In this document: in pieces, positions 35,860-48,029 of the stretch
How positions within the stretch are numbered: the first letter of the stretch is position 1
Layout of the letters: every line of letters starts with the position of its first letter
NCBI RefSeq assembly: GCF_048593235.1
Contig: NC_133617.1
Coordinates: 528,034,958 to 528,098,957 of the forward strand
Length of the DNA stretch: 64,000 bases
Reading direction: 5' to 3'
DNA from: Sminthopsis crassicaudata
Lineage: Eukaryota
Made by a program: the position numbers and the translations under genes
The notes under the pieces: model-generated
What the model was told of the DNA's origin: nothing
Databases searched by the model: none
Seen by the model: only the letters and a program-made list of their open reading frames with translations

Positions 35860-37210
35860 AAAGTAGACTTTTTCCACTCCAGAGAGAAACATTTCTATGA
35901 TGGTTAATAGTTTAGTGTATGACAATGTTCCAATTTTGGTAGAGTTCATTGATTAAACTTTTTGGGTGTTTTTCAGTACTGTGTTTATGACATAGGGACT
36001 TATAATCTATCATTTCCTGAAAAAAAATAGCAAGCTTTGATAAAAAATTCTCACTGCCAGGTCATCTTTTATCATTAGGTTATGTCATACTAGGTATTTT
36101 TTTGAGTTTAGAATTTTTGTAGTCTTCAATGATATATTGCTTAGTTTCTAAGATGTTCTTGAATAGTTATTTCATAGTCTCCATTCAGAGATAAATATAC
36201 TTTAAAGTACATTGAACAAATTCAGAAGTGTATAACTGATTTTATTTTTGACTATTTTTAAAGCATATGGTATTAGCTTGTAACAAAAGTATTTTTGTGG
36301 GATTATCAATTGCTTGATTGGGGTTGAATGTATTTTGCATTAAGGGTGAGTGGTATGAGTTGACTATGGGAGATGTAGTATGTCTAAGTTGCACTCAGAG
36401 TCAGGGATTGGACCTTATTCCCTATGTGCAATCATTGTAGTAGTAGGGATATATGGAATGCTGGTTGTAAAGAAATAGGAATGTTTCATTTCGCTTCCTC
36501 TTTTTTTGATGTGGAAATGTTGATCTTTCTCTAATCACCTTGATGTGATGGGCATTATTTTTTATTAATTTTGTGCTTTTTTTACTAGTATAATTTCAAG
36601 ATCTGTAAGAGTCCGTTTTACAATTCTGAAAGTATACATTAAGATCAGTATTTATTAGGTTTTAATTGCTTAACAGGATCTTTCCATTCATTGTTTCTAG
36701 AATGCTAGTAAATCTTTTAACATGTTCATAAAAAGGTTTTTTTCTTGATGTTTTTATACTTGGAGTGTCATGACTAGAGGATAACAAGCTATTTGTAGGT
36801 GTCAGCTTTAATCATTAGTCCAATGTGATCTCTAGATTTAACCCTTCAACTTTCAGTCTGTCTTTTCCTGGGTTGCATCAAGAATTTTGCATTTTGCCAT
36901 ATCCAGCTAATATATCAATGTAGCAGAGAAACATTCCGTAATATTAAGCAGATGCTTAATTTGTTTTCAATGGGGTATATAGTTTGATGTCATCCATAAG
37001 TCTCAATTGGTAATAATATGATTTTGTTCAATATTTTTTTTAATTTAGAAGGAATATATAGCTCTAAATATGAGAGATGAAAATAAATTTAGAGCTAACC
37101 ATAATGGGCTTAAGCAGTCTACCTGAAATATGCCATATCTGTACAAATGATTCATGACAGTATTATATTGTTGGCATGTCTTCTCTAACAGTCTTACTAT
37201 ATTTTAGGTT
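35860..37210 (-). mobile_element. Dong/R4-clade non-LTR retrotransposon fossil (Mam_R4-like): RT, thumb, start of REL endonuclease
   Basis: Manual minus-strand translation gives, in order: GIFQVDCLSPLWLAL (37099-37134 core), LMDDIKLY (36977-36997 core), KHLLNITECFS..AKCKILD, DTYK*L (36786-36803), ILILMYTFRIVKRTLTDLE, HHIKVIRERSTFP (36512-36550), ITIQE..KQYIIED, YLV*HN, PYVINTVLKN, ELYQNWNIVIH*TINHHR. These are colinear with R4-clade motifs GIFQGDSLSPLWF, YMDDIKLY, DTYKYLG, IPVLTYSFGIVKW, HHPKSAVERL, AIQDQVI, Y..RHN, VLEN, LYWDR..HNRPD. Confidence 0.85.
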
Positions 37211-37274
37211 ACATATATGCATATCTATGCCTACAACACACAGATACACACACACACACACAGACATACTTACA

Positions 37275-37555
37275 GTTCACTAGAGCGCTGGGGTCTGGAG
37301 TCAGGAAGACTTCTTTTTGTGAGTACAAAACCAGCCACAGGCATTTATTAGCTGTGTGAACCTGAGCAAGTCACTTAATCCTGTTTGCCTCAGTTCCTCA
37401 TCTGAAAAATGAGCTGGAGAAGGAAAATGGCAAAGTATTCCAGTATCTGTGCTGGCCCTCAAGACTACAATTCCCTTCCCCTACCAATAAGTCAAGTCCA
37501 AGTGGGGTCACAAAGAGTTATATATATGATTGAAAAGCAACTCAATAACAATGCA
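37275..37555 (+). mobile_element. MAR1 SINE
   Basis: ggagtcaggaagac...gcaagtcacttaatcctgtttgcctcag...gagctggagaaggaaaatggc. Confidence 0.85.
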
Positions 37556-37739
37556 ATGTACATGTTCACATATAGACATACATGTATATGTGCTTGTGTG
37601 TATGTACACATACAGAATATGCCAGTAAGTCCTGATTACAAAATTAGTCAAAAGTTTTGAGATAATCAACAGAGGTAGTATATGCATTATAGTGCTTTCA
37701 GGTACTTAATTAAATGATAAATGGATATTGAGTTATTCC

Positions 37740-37957
37740 NNNNNNNNNNNNNNNNNNNNNNNNNNNNNNNNNNNNNNNNNNNNNNNNNNNNNNNNNNNNN
37801 NNNNNNNNNNNNNNNNNNNNNNNNNNNNNNNNNNNNNNNNNNNNNNNNNNNNNNNNNNNNNNNNNNNNNNNNNNNNNNNNNNNNNNNNNNNNNNNNNNNN
37901 NNNNNNNNNNNNNNNNNNNNNNNNNNNNNNNNNNNNNNNNNNNNNNNNNNNNNNNNN
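37740..37957. other. Assembly gap (N run)
   Basis: 218 N. Confidence 1.
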
Positions 37958-38699
37958 TTTTCTTCTTTTCTTCTTCCTTTTTCTTCTTAATCTTGTACTT
38001 GTGAAGTCAATTTTTTAAAATGCCAATATAGAATTTTATATTACATTTCTTCCTATCTGATTTTATCCATCACTCTAACCTAACAAAATATTTTTTGACT
38101 TTGATTCTGTCATCCAGTATGCTATACATGTATTCCATTCATTAAAATTATGATTCAGATATTGAGACAAGTATAGACTATTAGAGAACTGTTTTGGAGA
38201 CTGACCTCTAAGATGACATTAAACTATATGTGAGCACTGTTTGAATCTGGTGATTTAATGCATTAAATCTGCCCAATTGTATTATGATCTAGCCTATGTC
38301 ACTCTACTTTGTCCAAAGATACAGCATGGCTATTACCTCTGCCATGTAGCCTAGGTTAATTTTCCTCTAAAGAGCAGGCAAGCTGTTCTGGAGATTTGAT
38401 TAGTTCAGGAGACCAAGATTTAACATGCCTTCTCAGTTGCCTGGGGCATAAAAGGTCAGTTCAGAAGGAATCAGTGCCATTCAAACTTGACATAAGTCTT
38501 ACTGCTATAAGAGTACCCACACTAAACACTTTTTTGCATGAAGACAAAAGGAACTGAGTCTACCTGAATTAGTGATTATACTTACTTGAATTAGATCCTT
38601 GCTGAACATCCTTTCCATGTTATGTCTAGGCAACCTCCTCTTGTTAGAAGGTTTATCACTGTCTCATTTTATTCCATTTGTAGGACTGAAGCACCAGAC

Positions 38700-39300
38700 T
38701 GGTTTGAATCATGTCTGGCTGACAATAAAAGCATTAGACAGTTTGTCAAATACTTTGCTGATAGGTAAGCAAACCATGTCTATAGATTTTCCTTGATCTA
38801 CCAGTCTGGCTACCCTGTCAAAAATGCAATGAAGTTAGTCTGGTGTAACCTGTTCTTATAAAGCCATATTTCCTTTTTAGTATTTCCTTTTCTAAGTTCT
38901 CACAAGCATTGCTTTAATAATGTATTCTAGAATTTTGACAGGAAGTGAAGTCAAGCTTTCAAGTCTATAGTTTTCAGAATACATTTTTCCCTTTTACTGA
39001 AAATTGGGAAAGCATTTACCCTTCTACAATTCCATAGTACTTGTTTCATTCTATCATAATTTCCCATAAGAACTTATTGAAGTTCTCAAAAAAATTTCCA
39101 TGAGAATTTATTGAAGGCCTCAAAAATATGCTAGTTTTTTTTCCCATATTTTATCTGGCTTTATCTAGATCTCTTATGCTCACCATTTTGGTCTCTTTCC
39201 TAGAACAAAGATCATTCTCCTTGTAAAAGAAAACTAGTAAAGGAGGAATTAAACAAATCACTCCTCTCTATTGTCCATTCTTATCAGTTCACCTATTCCA
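38700..39300 (-). mobile_element. L3/CR1 LINE RT fragment
   Basis: tgtcaaatactttgctg (~FSKAFD, reverse), ttccttgatctaccagtctggctaccctgtcaaaa, gttagtctggtgtaacctgttcttataaagcca (~GFIKNRSCQTNLI, reverse). Confidence 0.8.
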
Positions 39301-39809
39301 AGAATTCTTACTTTGTTTCTTTTTTATTATTCAACAAAGCTAACACAAAACCAAACCATTTTGGAGTTATTAATGTGGAGATTCCAATGAAACAGTGAGG
39401 AAGAAATAGAAAGTCTATTTTTTTATGAAGAAAACTGAATTTATGCTACCATTTTAACTCCACTCAAAAATGTAATGCTGAGTTGCATGCTATACAGTCA
39501 AAAAATGTGTAAAATCATCTAATGGAAATCTGAGGGTCATATGGAAACATTTGGTCATAGTTTCACTACACTGCCTTTCCTTCCCTTTCCCATTCCTACT
39601 GTTTCTTTCTATAAAGTCTTCACTGTTCCCTGTTATTTGATGACCACATTTAATTAAATTCAGCAAATATATATGTTGAACAACCACTCTATGTAGAACA
39701 TTGTAAAGGAAGTAAAGGGAGATAATTACAGAAATAAATAAAAAAATGGTACCTTTCTTCAAAGGACACCTACCCCAATAAAAGAGAAAAATGTAGAAGT
39801 GCCAAATAG

Positions 39810-40070
39810 GATAGAATAGGTAGGTAGTTGGTGTAGTAGATAAGCTTGGAGTGAGCAACAGTCATCTTCCTAAATTTAAATCTGACTTCAGACTTCTACT
39901 AGCTGTGTAATCCTGGTCAAGTCACTTATGTCTGTATGCCTTGGTTTTCCTCATTTATAAAATAAGTTGCAGAAGGAAATGGCAAGCCAAACTGGTGTCT
40001 TTGCTAAAAAGATTCCAAATGTATTCACAAAGAGTCAGATATAACTGGAAAAATTGAACAAAAACAAAAA
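39810..40070 (+). mobile_element. MAR1 SINE
   Basis: ggtagttggtgtagtagataag...gaaggaaatggcaagcc...caaagagtcagatataactg. Confidence 0.8.
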
Positions 40071-40585
40071 CAAAAGGTAGAACAGGATATATATCACAAA
40101 ATTAATACAACATCCTGTGGGAACAGAGAGAAAAAAAATCCTACTTGGTCTGGAAGGCTTCATGAAGGAGATGGAATTTGAATTAGGTCTTGAAGGATGA
40201 TTAGTCTTTCAAGGGGAGCCTAGTAAGAAGAAAACATTCTGGGTAGAGGGAGAGAATTGCAAAAGCATAAATGTAGAAATAGAGTAGAGTTGGAGTGTTA
40301 GGTTAATATAGAAGAATAACTGGGTATATGGAGGAAAGTAATAGAAGATATAGATAGAAGTAATAATCTTGGAAAGTAATTTAATTTAAGGCCATATTTT
40401 CTTTAAATCTTTAAAGGTGAAGGTTGAGTCGGACAGTCTTCATGCTCTCTTTTAGTTCTAAATTTATGATACAATAATACTTAATGTAGTGGGGGAGTTG
40501 GAGGAGACACAGCACAAAATATACCATATGTTAGACTAAGGAATTTGGAAATAACTTGGTATCATTGGGAACACTGGAGATTTTT

Positions 40586-41403
40586 ATCTTTTTTAAAATT
40601 AAAGCTTTTTATTTTCTAAACATATGTATAGATAATTTTCAACATTCACCCTTGCAAAACCTTGTGTTCCAAATTATTTTTCCTTCCCTTCCCCCCACTC
40701 CCTTTTCTACCTCGCAAGTAATTCAATATATATGTAATTCTTCTATATCTATTTCCACAACTATCATGATGTACAAGAAAAATCAGATCAAAAAGGACAA
40801 AAAAATGAGAAAGAAAACAAAAAACAAGCAAACAACAATAAAAAAGTGAAAATAATATGCTGTGATCCACACTCAATTCTAATAGTCCTCCCCCTGGGTG
40901 CAGATGGTTCTCTCCATCAAAAGACCAGTGGAACTGGACTGAATCACCTCACAGTTGAAAAGAGCCATATCTATCAGAGCTGATCATCATATAATCTTGC
41001 TGTTGGATACAATTTTCTCATCCTATTCACTTCACTTAGCTTAGTCCATGTAATTCTCTTCAGGTCTTTCTGAAATCATTCTGCTAATCATTTTTTATTG
41101 AACAATAATATTCCATAACATTCATGTACCATAATTTATTCAGCCATTCTCTAGCTGATGGATATTCATTCAGTTTTCAGTTTCTTGCCACTACCAAAAG
41201 ATTTGCCACAAACATTTTTGCACATGTGAGTCCTTTTCCATTTTTTATGATCTCTTTGGGGTTCAGGCACAGTAGAGACGCTGAAGGATCAAAGGGTATA
41301 CACAGATTGATAGCCTTTTGGGCATAGTTCCAAATTACTCTCCAGAATGATTGAATTAGTTTACAACTCCACATCTCTTCCAGCATTCATCATTATTTTT
41401 TCC
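40586..41403 (-). mobile_element. 5'-truncated L1 with TSD
   Basis: T-rich tail at left, ORF2 C-terminus at right (ORF 41177..41386 ..NYAQKAINLCIPFDP..). TSD AACA(C/T)TGGAGATTTTT at 40570-40585 and 41404-41419. Confidence 0.9.
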
Positions 41404-41552
41404 AACATTGGAGATTTTTTAGTCAGAGAGTTATTTTTGAACCTATTCAACATACTCAGGAATATCATTGAAGATCACCTATTCACCAAAAATTCAGTTC
41501 AATGAACATCCATTAGACATCAAGTTTTAGTGATGCCATGATGTTAAATGAC

Positions 41553-41699
41553 NNNNNNNNNNNNNNNNNNNNNNNNNNNNNNNNNNNNNNNNNNNNNNNN
41601 NNNNNNNNNNNNNNNNNNNNNNNNNNNNNNNNNNNNNNNNNNNNNNNNNNNNNNNNNNNNNNNNNNNNNNNNNNNNNNNNNNNNNNNNNNNNNNNNNNN
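41553..41699. other. Assembly gap (N run)
   Basis: 147 N. Confidence 1.
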
Positions 41700-41919
41700 A
41701 TGAAGAGAACTCAACCAAAGTGGCCTAGGAGCCTCAAGGATGACAAAGATCACTTTAGGCTGAGGGGATGATACTTCACGATTTAGGGAACCTCAAAACT
41801 AGTCCTTAAAGGGAAAGAAGGTCAACAGACAGAAGGATTAGAAGATAGAGTAGGTGTGGAGACTAGTGTACATTAAGACTTAGAGGTTGAAGAACTCCAA
41901 AATGAGCCTGAAGAATAGT

Positions 41920-42520
41920 TGGCTGTTATTCAGTTCTTTCCTTCATTTCTGAATTTTTGTGACCTCATTTGGAATTTTCTTGGCAAAGATATTAGAGTAG
42001 TTTGCCATTTTCTTCTCCAGTTTATTTTATTTTTCCAAATATATGCAAAGAGAGAGTTCACATTCACCTTTGCAAAATCTTGTTTTCCATTTTTTTCCCT
42101 CTCTGTCCTCCTAAGACAGCAAGCAATCTGATACATGCAATTCTTGTAAACATATTTTTATATTTGTCATGCTGTGCAAGAAAAATCAGTTTGAAAGGAA
42201 AAAAACATGAGAAAGAAATAAACCCAAGCAAACAACATCAAAAAAGGTGAAACTATTCTTTGATCCCTATTCAGTCTCCATAGTTCTTTCTTTGATTGTG
42301 GATGGTACTTTGCATCATAAGTCTATTGGAATTTCCAGCTCATTTTACATATAAAGAAACTGAGGCAAAGAGGGTTAAATGACTTACCCAAATTAATTAA
42401 TGAGTTGTAATTAATGATAATTAATTAATAAGTGTCTGAGGATGGAGTAGTATATAGAAAGAAGAATCTTTCTGATTCCAAATCTGGAGCTCTATTCACT
42501 GTGCCACCAAGATGTCTCAG
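41920..42520 (-). mobile_element. MAR1 SINE with a nested L1 3' end (about 42010-42332)
   Basis: ttggcaaagatattagagtagtttgccattttcttctccag | L1 tail sequence | ccagctcattttacatataaagaaactgaggc. Confidence 0.8.
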
Positions 42521-43569
42521 TTAGAGCTTTTCACTTCATCTTTATTCCTCTGATTTTAGTTTCTCCTTCCAGTCATTTGCTCTTCATTGGAGCTGAGAAA
42601 AGATGATATTTAGATTAAGACTTGAAAAAAATTCTGGTTATTATTGCTTGGAGAATTTCAACCTTCAGTAATTTCAAACTCTTTTTCTTTCTGCAGAGTA
42701 ATGGCAATACCCTAAGCCATTGAGGAGAAAGTTCTTTGCAGGGATGGTTAGTGAAACAGACATGAATCACAGTGCCATTATTGCTTTATTTGGACAACTC
42801 ATGAACAGAGAACAGGAAGCAATTTTCTTGCAAGATTCAATTTATTCATAAAACATTTATTAATGGGTCCATCGCCATGCTGGCAACAAGGAAAGAGAAC
42901 AAGTGTCTCTAATGTGCCAGGTATTGTGCTATGCTATGTTACTTTTCAAGTATTATCTTTTGACCTTCACAACCCTGAGAGGTTGATGCTATTTTGATCC
43001 ACATTTTATAGTTGAGGGAACTGAATCAGAATCTCAGGGACAGTTTGTCTACTTTTTAGGGGGAAAACTAGTCTAACTTACATGACAGTACTGTATTTTT
43101 GGAGGACAAAATGGATGACATCGACTACAGTGATGTCTAGGATTACATAAGAATCTGAGGATAGATTTGATTGCAGATCTTCATTTATCTAAGTCAGAGA
43201 TTTCTCCATTATACCAGTCAGTTATCAATGGGAATACAAAATTAAAAACTAGCAGTCTCTGTCCTCTAAGAGCTTGCATTCCTTTAAGGGGAAACAGCAA
43301 ATACAAGGTTGGGGTTTTGTTAATAGCTCTTTTTTTGTTTTAGAAATGTTAATTAGAAATGACACTAAGACTAGGAATCAAGAAGGATATTTTTGTAAGA
43401 TTTTGCTTTTTAAGCTGAACTCAAAAGAAACTAGATCCTCTAAGGAGAAGAGGGGTAGAAGGACAACATTTCTGATGTGGGAAGTCAGCTTCTGTAGTGG
43501 AAAGATTGGAAATTTCAAGTAGTCAGTTCTATGGAGTGTTGAATGCAAGAAAATAATAATGTAATAGAG

Positions 43570-43810
43570 ACAGCTGCTGGTGCAGTGGATGGAATCTTCA
43601 TCTTTGATTTAGGAAACCTGAGTTTGAATCCAGTCTTGAATACTTACAAGTTAAGTGAAACTGGACAAATCACTTAATCTTGGTTTGCCTCAGTTACTTC
43701 TATAATAAAAAGGCAATAATAATCACATCTACCTCCCAGGATTGCTATAAGGATTAAATGAGATAAAGCATTTAGCACAATGTCTGACACATAGTAGGAA
43801 CTATATAAAT
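43570..43810 (+). mobile_element. MIR SINE
   Basis: ggaaacctgagtttgaatcc...tttgcctcag...acctcccaggattgctataaggattaaatgagataa. Confidence 0.8.
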
Positions 43811-44867
43811 ATTTATTCTTTTCCTTTCCAATGTAACAAGTCTGGGAAGATAGACCAAACTCGGATAGATCAAAGAGAAGACCTTGTATTTTATTGTTGT
43901 TTGCCCTTTGTCTACAAGAGGACCAATGACATTAGGACAGCTAGGTCTTAACTTGTAAGTGAATTGGATTTAAGTGAGGCAGGACTATACCAAATCATCA
44001 GTCTCACTCCTTGGTTTTATTCCAGAGATAAAGGAGAAGCAATAGAAAAGCTCTTGAGCAGGAAAGTAACATTACCAGATTTTTGTCGCTTTGGCCATTG
44101 AATGGAAAATAGATTAGGGAGAGAACAAGCTGGATAGCAGGGAATCAATTAGGAGGATCTTGCAAATGTTTTATAATTATTCTGATTCTGAGAATCTGAT
44201 TTAGAAGGGACTGAGATCTTCTGGCTTTGAGAATCTCTGGGCAGGAATTTCCTTTATACCCCCTAGTAGGGATCCAGTCCCTTATTTTTACATTTCTAAA
44301 TTGTATTGTAACTTTAAGACAGAGAAGGTACCTGGACTGTCTCTTTCTTTTTCATATGTTTTCCCATAATTCTATTGCCATGGCTAAGCTCTGACTTGAA
44401 CTACCTAATGATCCAGCATTGTTTGGTACACAATGTGTTCCATACCAACACATTGTTTGGTATGGAAAGCTATGAAAATTTAAATGGATAATCTGGGGCA
44501 AGTGACCTGTGCATATTGCCAGTGGGAACAGCCAGTTTAGTTCATTCAGTCAGAGAAATCATAGATTTGTTTAAAAAAAAAAAGTCAATTTACATGAGAG
44601 GCAGCAGGCCTAATGTATAGCGAGGCAGGGATTAAATGTTTAGTCTCTGACATATATTGGCTGTGTGGAAAAGTCATTTAACTTTTCAGTGCCTAGAGCA
44701 AAGATTCCTTCCTTCTTTCCTCTCTCCTTCCTTCCCTTCCTCCCCTTCTTCCTTGGCATTAAGTGACTTGCCCAGGATCACACAGCTAGTGTTAAGTGTG
44801 TAAGTATTTGAACTCAAGTCCTCCTGATTCTAGGGTCAGTTCTCTATCCGCTGCACTGCCCCTATAT

Positions 44868-45197
44868 CAAAGTTTCCTAAGCTGTGAGTAGCAACCCACA
44901 TATATGATTGCATAATTGAGTGTGGAGAGTTGTGAAAAACTTGGCAACTATAAAAGGTATCAGATATTCCACTAGCACTTAAATCTTTATGTAAAAATAA
45001 GCATTAGTATACAGATTTGCTTTCATCTTTAATAAATGATAAAACTGTATATATATGTATATATCAAGAAATTATTTTAGAATAAATATCTTTATGTTTG
45101 ATTTGTATATCTATTTTATATACCTATATACTCAGGGTCACATAAAAATTTCTCAGGTGGAAAGGGTTTGTAAGTAAAAAATGTATAAGAATCTCTG
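44868..45197 (+). mobile_element. Non-autonomous hAT-Charlie-type DNA transposon
   Basis: Degenerate TIRs caaagtttcctaagct / tataagaatctctg; internal ctattttatatacctatatactcagggtcacataaaaatttctc. Flanks ccctatat / gcctagac resemble a decayed 8-bp TCTAGA-type TSD. Confidence 0.65.
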
Positions 45198-45329
45198 GCC
45201 TAGACAATTCCCCTAAGACCATAAATTGCAGAGAAAACAGAATCCTGCATTGTAGAGAGGGAGTTTCCTTATCAGAGTGTTTCCTATGCCAATGAAATCA
45301 TGGGTCCTGTCCCTACACAATGATATCTA

Positions 45330-46100
45330 TAAATCACAGGTCTGACCATATCACTCCCCAGTTCAATAAATTCTAGTGATTCCTTATAGCCTCTAAGGTT
45401 AAATAAAAACTCCTCTGTTTGGACATTTAATACCCTTTAACACCTGGCTTCCGCTTATCTTTTTAGCCTTATTACAATTTTCTCTTATACATGACAGGGG
45501 TTAGAGACAAGGCTACCTCATGATCTAGAAAATCCATGTAAAATTTTTGGGCTCTTCTTTCATAACCAGAGAAAAAGTCTGAATTATTATGGCATTAAAA
45601 GATACAACACATTGATATTATACAATGTGGCATGTATATGGTATTCTTTTTTTGAGTTTTTTTTAGTCTGCTGGACTTCACACGTTATCTGTTGCTTCTG
45701 CAAAACTCTCCCTGAATTCCCATTAATTTCTTATAGTGATCCATGATATATCAAATCCATGATGGGGAAAAACACAATGTGGAAAGGATAACTGTACTTC
45801 CATTCATACACTCCACAGTCCAACAAAAATAGCTTTCCTCCTGAACATAGGACATTCCAAGGCTACTGCCCATGCATGAAATGTTCTCACTCTTTACTAC
45901 TGCCTCTAAAAATGCTGTTTCCTTCACAGTTCAGCTCAAAAGCCATCTCTTATATGAACCCTTTGTAGGACACATCAACTGCCACTACCTTCTCCCTCAA
46001 GATATCTACTATGTATTTTATATCTAAGTCATATGTACTTTTATGTGTTTATATCTCTCCTCAGGAGAATATAAGCTTCTTGAGGGCAGGGAGTGGTCAC
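45330..46100 (+). mobile_element. L2 LINE 3' region hosting a Tigger-type MITE
   Basis: cacaggtctgaccatatcactcccc...ttcaataaattctagtgattcc; tataagcttcttgagggcaggga. Confidence 0.75.
45475..45794 (-). mobile_element. TcMar-Tigger-type MITE (MarsTigger-like), copy 1
   Basis: TA at 45473-74 and 45795-96. Right end gtggaaaggataactg (TIR CAGTTATCC..), degenerate left TIR caattttctcttatacat. Confidence 0.7.
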
Positions 46101-46110
46101 TATTCTATTA

Positions 46111-46400
46111 CACTTTTTCCTTCTACATCATACTCTTCCTCATCACAGTTTTGCCAGGTATAAGAAATTAAATGGAAATTGCAGAGGACATGTGAAAAAC
46201 CAGACAACACAGAAAATTTAGAAACTCAGACTGCATATTAATAATATTGCATAATATCAATTCAAATTTTATAATAAGCTATAGTAAATACCCCATAAGA
46301 GAAAAAGGAAAAATTCAAACTTCTCTAAGATGAAGGGAAGACAATTTTTTTTGGTGGATTTTCCAGATCCACTGAGTACCTATCCCTATGAATAGCTATT
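46111..46400 (+). mobile_element. TcMar-Tigger-type MITE, copy 2 (opposite orientation)
   Basis: TA|cactttttccttctacatca; ataagaaattaaatgg, tttagaaactcaga and ggattttccagatc are reverse complements of copy-1 motifs. Confidence 0.65.
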
Positions 46401-46439
46401 ATTCTTTTGTGTTTATTATGCAGTAGGCTATTTTGAGGG

Positions 46440-46660
46440 TATCTAGGTGGTACTGAGGACAGAGACCTGGGCCTAAGTACAAAATTAGCTTCAGATGATT
46501 AATAGCTGTGGAACCCTGCGCAAGTCACTTAACCTTGTTTACCCCTGTTCCTCATCAGTAAAATCAGCCTGGGAAGGAAATGGCAAAGTGTTCCAGTATT
46601 ATTGCCAAGAGAACACCAATTGGGATAATAGAGTCAGATAGAACTGAATAACAACAACAA
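46440..46660 (+). mobile_element. MAR1 SINE
   Basis: ctaggtggtactgaggacagag...gaaggaaatggcaaagtgttccagtattattgccaaga...gaactgaataacaacaac. Confidence 0.8.
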
Positions 46661-46986
46661 AGGTATTGTGCACTAAAGATATGATTTTTGGAATTGCATG
46701 AAAGTATTGGAATTTAAGCTTGTCTTTTCTAAGCTCATTGCACAGCCTCTTTAGGACAACTTCAGTACCAGATGGGATGATGGGGATGATTTATACTTCA
46801 TCCTGATATTGATCACCCACAAACTTTCCTTATAGTTTTGATTTCTTCTATTAGGTCATTTTGAGAGCTTATCATTTCACATAGGTAAGATGTTATGAGT
46901 ATTTAGATGGAGAAATTTTTGAAAAGCATCATTCCTTAGTTTTTATGGAACAATGTTACATCCAGGTGATAGAGGGTAACAGTTTC

Positions 46987-47701
46987 TTTTTTTTTTTTTC
47001 TTTTTCTTTCTTTCTTTCTTTTTTTTTTTACTTCTAAACTATTTTATTTAATTATTTAATAAATAGTATCTAATAAATTCCTTTTTTTATGAATGAGTAA
47101 TTTTTTTATTTAACATTATCCCTTGTATTCATTTTTTCAAAAATTTCCCCTCCCTCCCTCTACTCCCTCCCCTAGATGACAGGCAATCCCATACATTTTA
47201 CATATGTTATAATATAACCTAGATACAATATATGTGTGTAAATCCAATTTTCTTGTTGCACGTTAAGTATTGGATTCCGAAGGTATAAGTAACCTGGGTA
47301 GATAGACAGTAGTGCTAATATTTTACATTCACTTCCCAGTGTTCCTTCTCTGGGTGTAGTTATTTCTGTCCATCATTGATCAATTGGAAGTGAGTTGGAT
47401 CTTCTTTATATTGAAGATATCCACTTCCATCAGAATATATCTTCATACAGCATTGTTGTTGAAGTGTAACAGTGATCTTCTGGTTCTATTCATTTCACTC
47501 AGCATCAGTTGATGCAAGTCTCTCCAAGCCTCTCTGTATTCCTCCTGCTGGTCATTTCTTACAGAGCAATAGTATTCCATAAACTTCATATACCATAATT
47601 TACCCAACATTCTCCAATTGATGGACATCCATTCATCTTCCAGTTTCTAGCCACTACGAAAAGGGCTGCCACAAACATTTTGGCACATACAGGTCCTTTT
47701 C
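46987..47701 (-). mobile_element. Young 5'-truncated L1 with perfect TSD
   Basis: Perfect 15-bp TSD GAGGGTAACAGTTTC at 46972-46986 and 47702-47716; long T/CTTT tail; same family as 15773-16219. Confidence 0.95.
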
Positions 47702-48029
47702 GAGGGTAACAGTTTCATCTATGATGATAACTGTGCTTTTGTATAGTTACTTTTTGCCTGTAGGATTAAATAAAAATTCCTATTTGAACATTTAACAACT
47801 TTTACAATTTGGCTCCAACTTATTTTTACAACTTCCTTCTCATTGGAGGATTGGAAGGCAGAAGACCCCAATCTCCTTAGGAAAACCTTATTACCAGATT
47901 CCCTAAGCAGTTTCTGTCCCTCTGTTTGAAAGACTGGATGGCAGTGCAAAAAATTTTTCCCAAAGCCTCCATTTAATAAGGTCTCAGAAGTCCAGTCAAG
48001 TTTTCTTTTCCTAGCAGTCTATGTGTCTA

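Noticed and set aside
35590-37210. Endogenous viral element (Mononegavirales L gene or similar)
   Set aside because: The AT-rich, coding-like texture suggested it at first, but the motifs recovered (GIFQ.D.LSPLW, MDDIKLY, DTYK.L) are non-LTR RT motifs; no GDNQ-type RdRp motif was seen.
30422-41771. ORFs containing X runs (30422-30726, 37721-38018, 41527-41771)
   Set aside because: They are open only because they cross N gaps.
42697-42746. Plus-strand exon-like segment
   Set aside because: Good acceptor but stops in all frames and only a modest donor; no other support.
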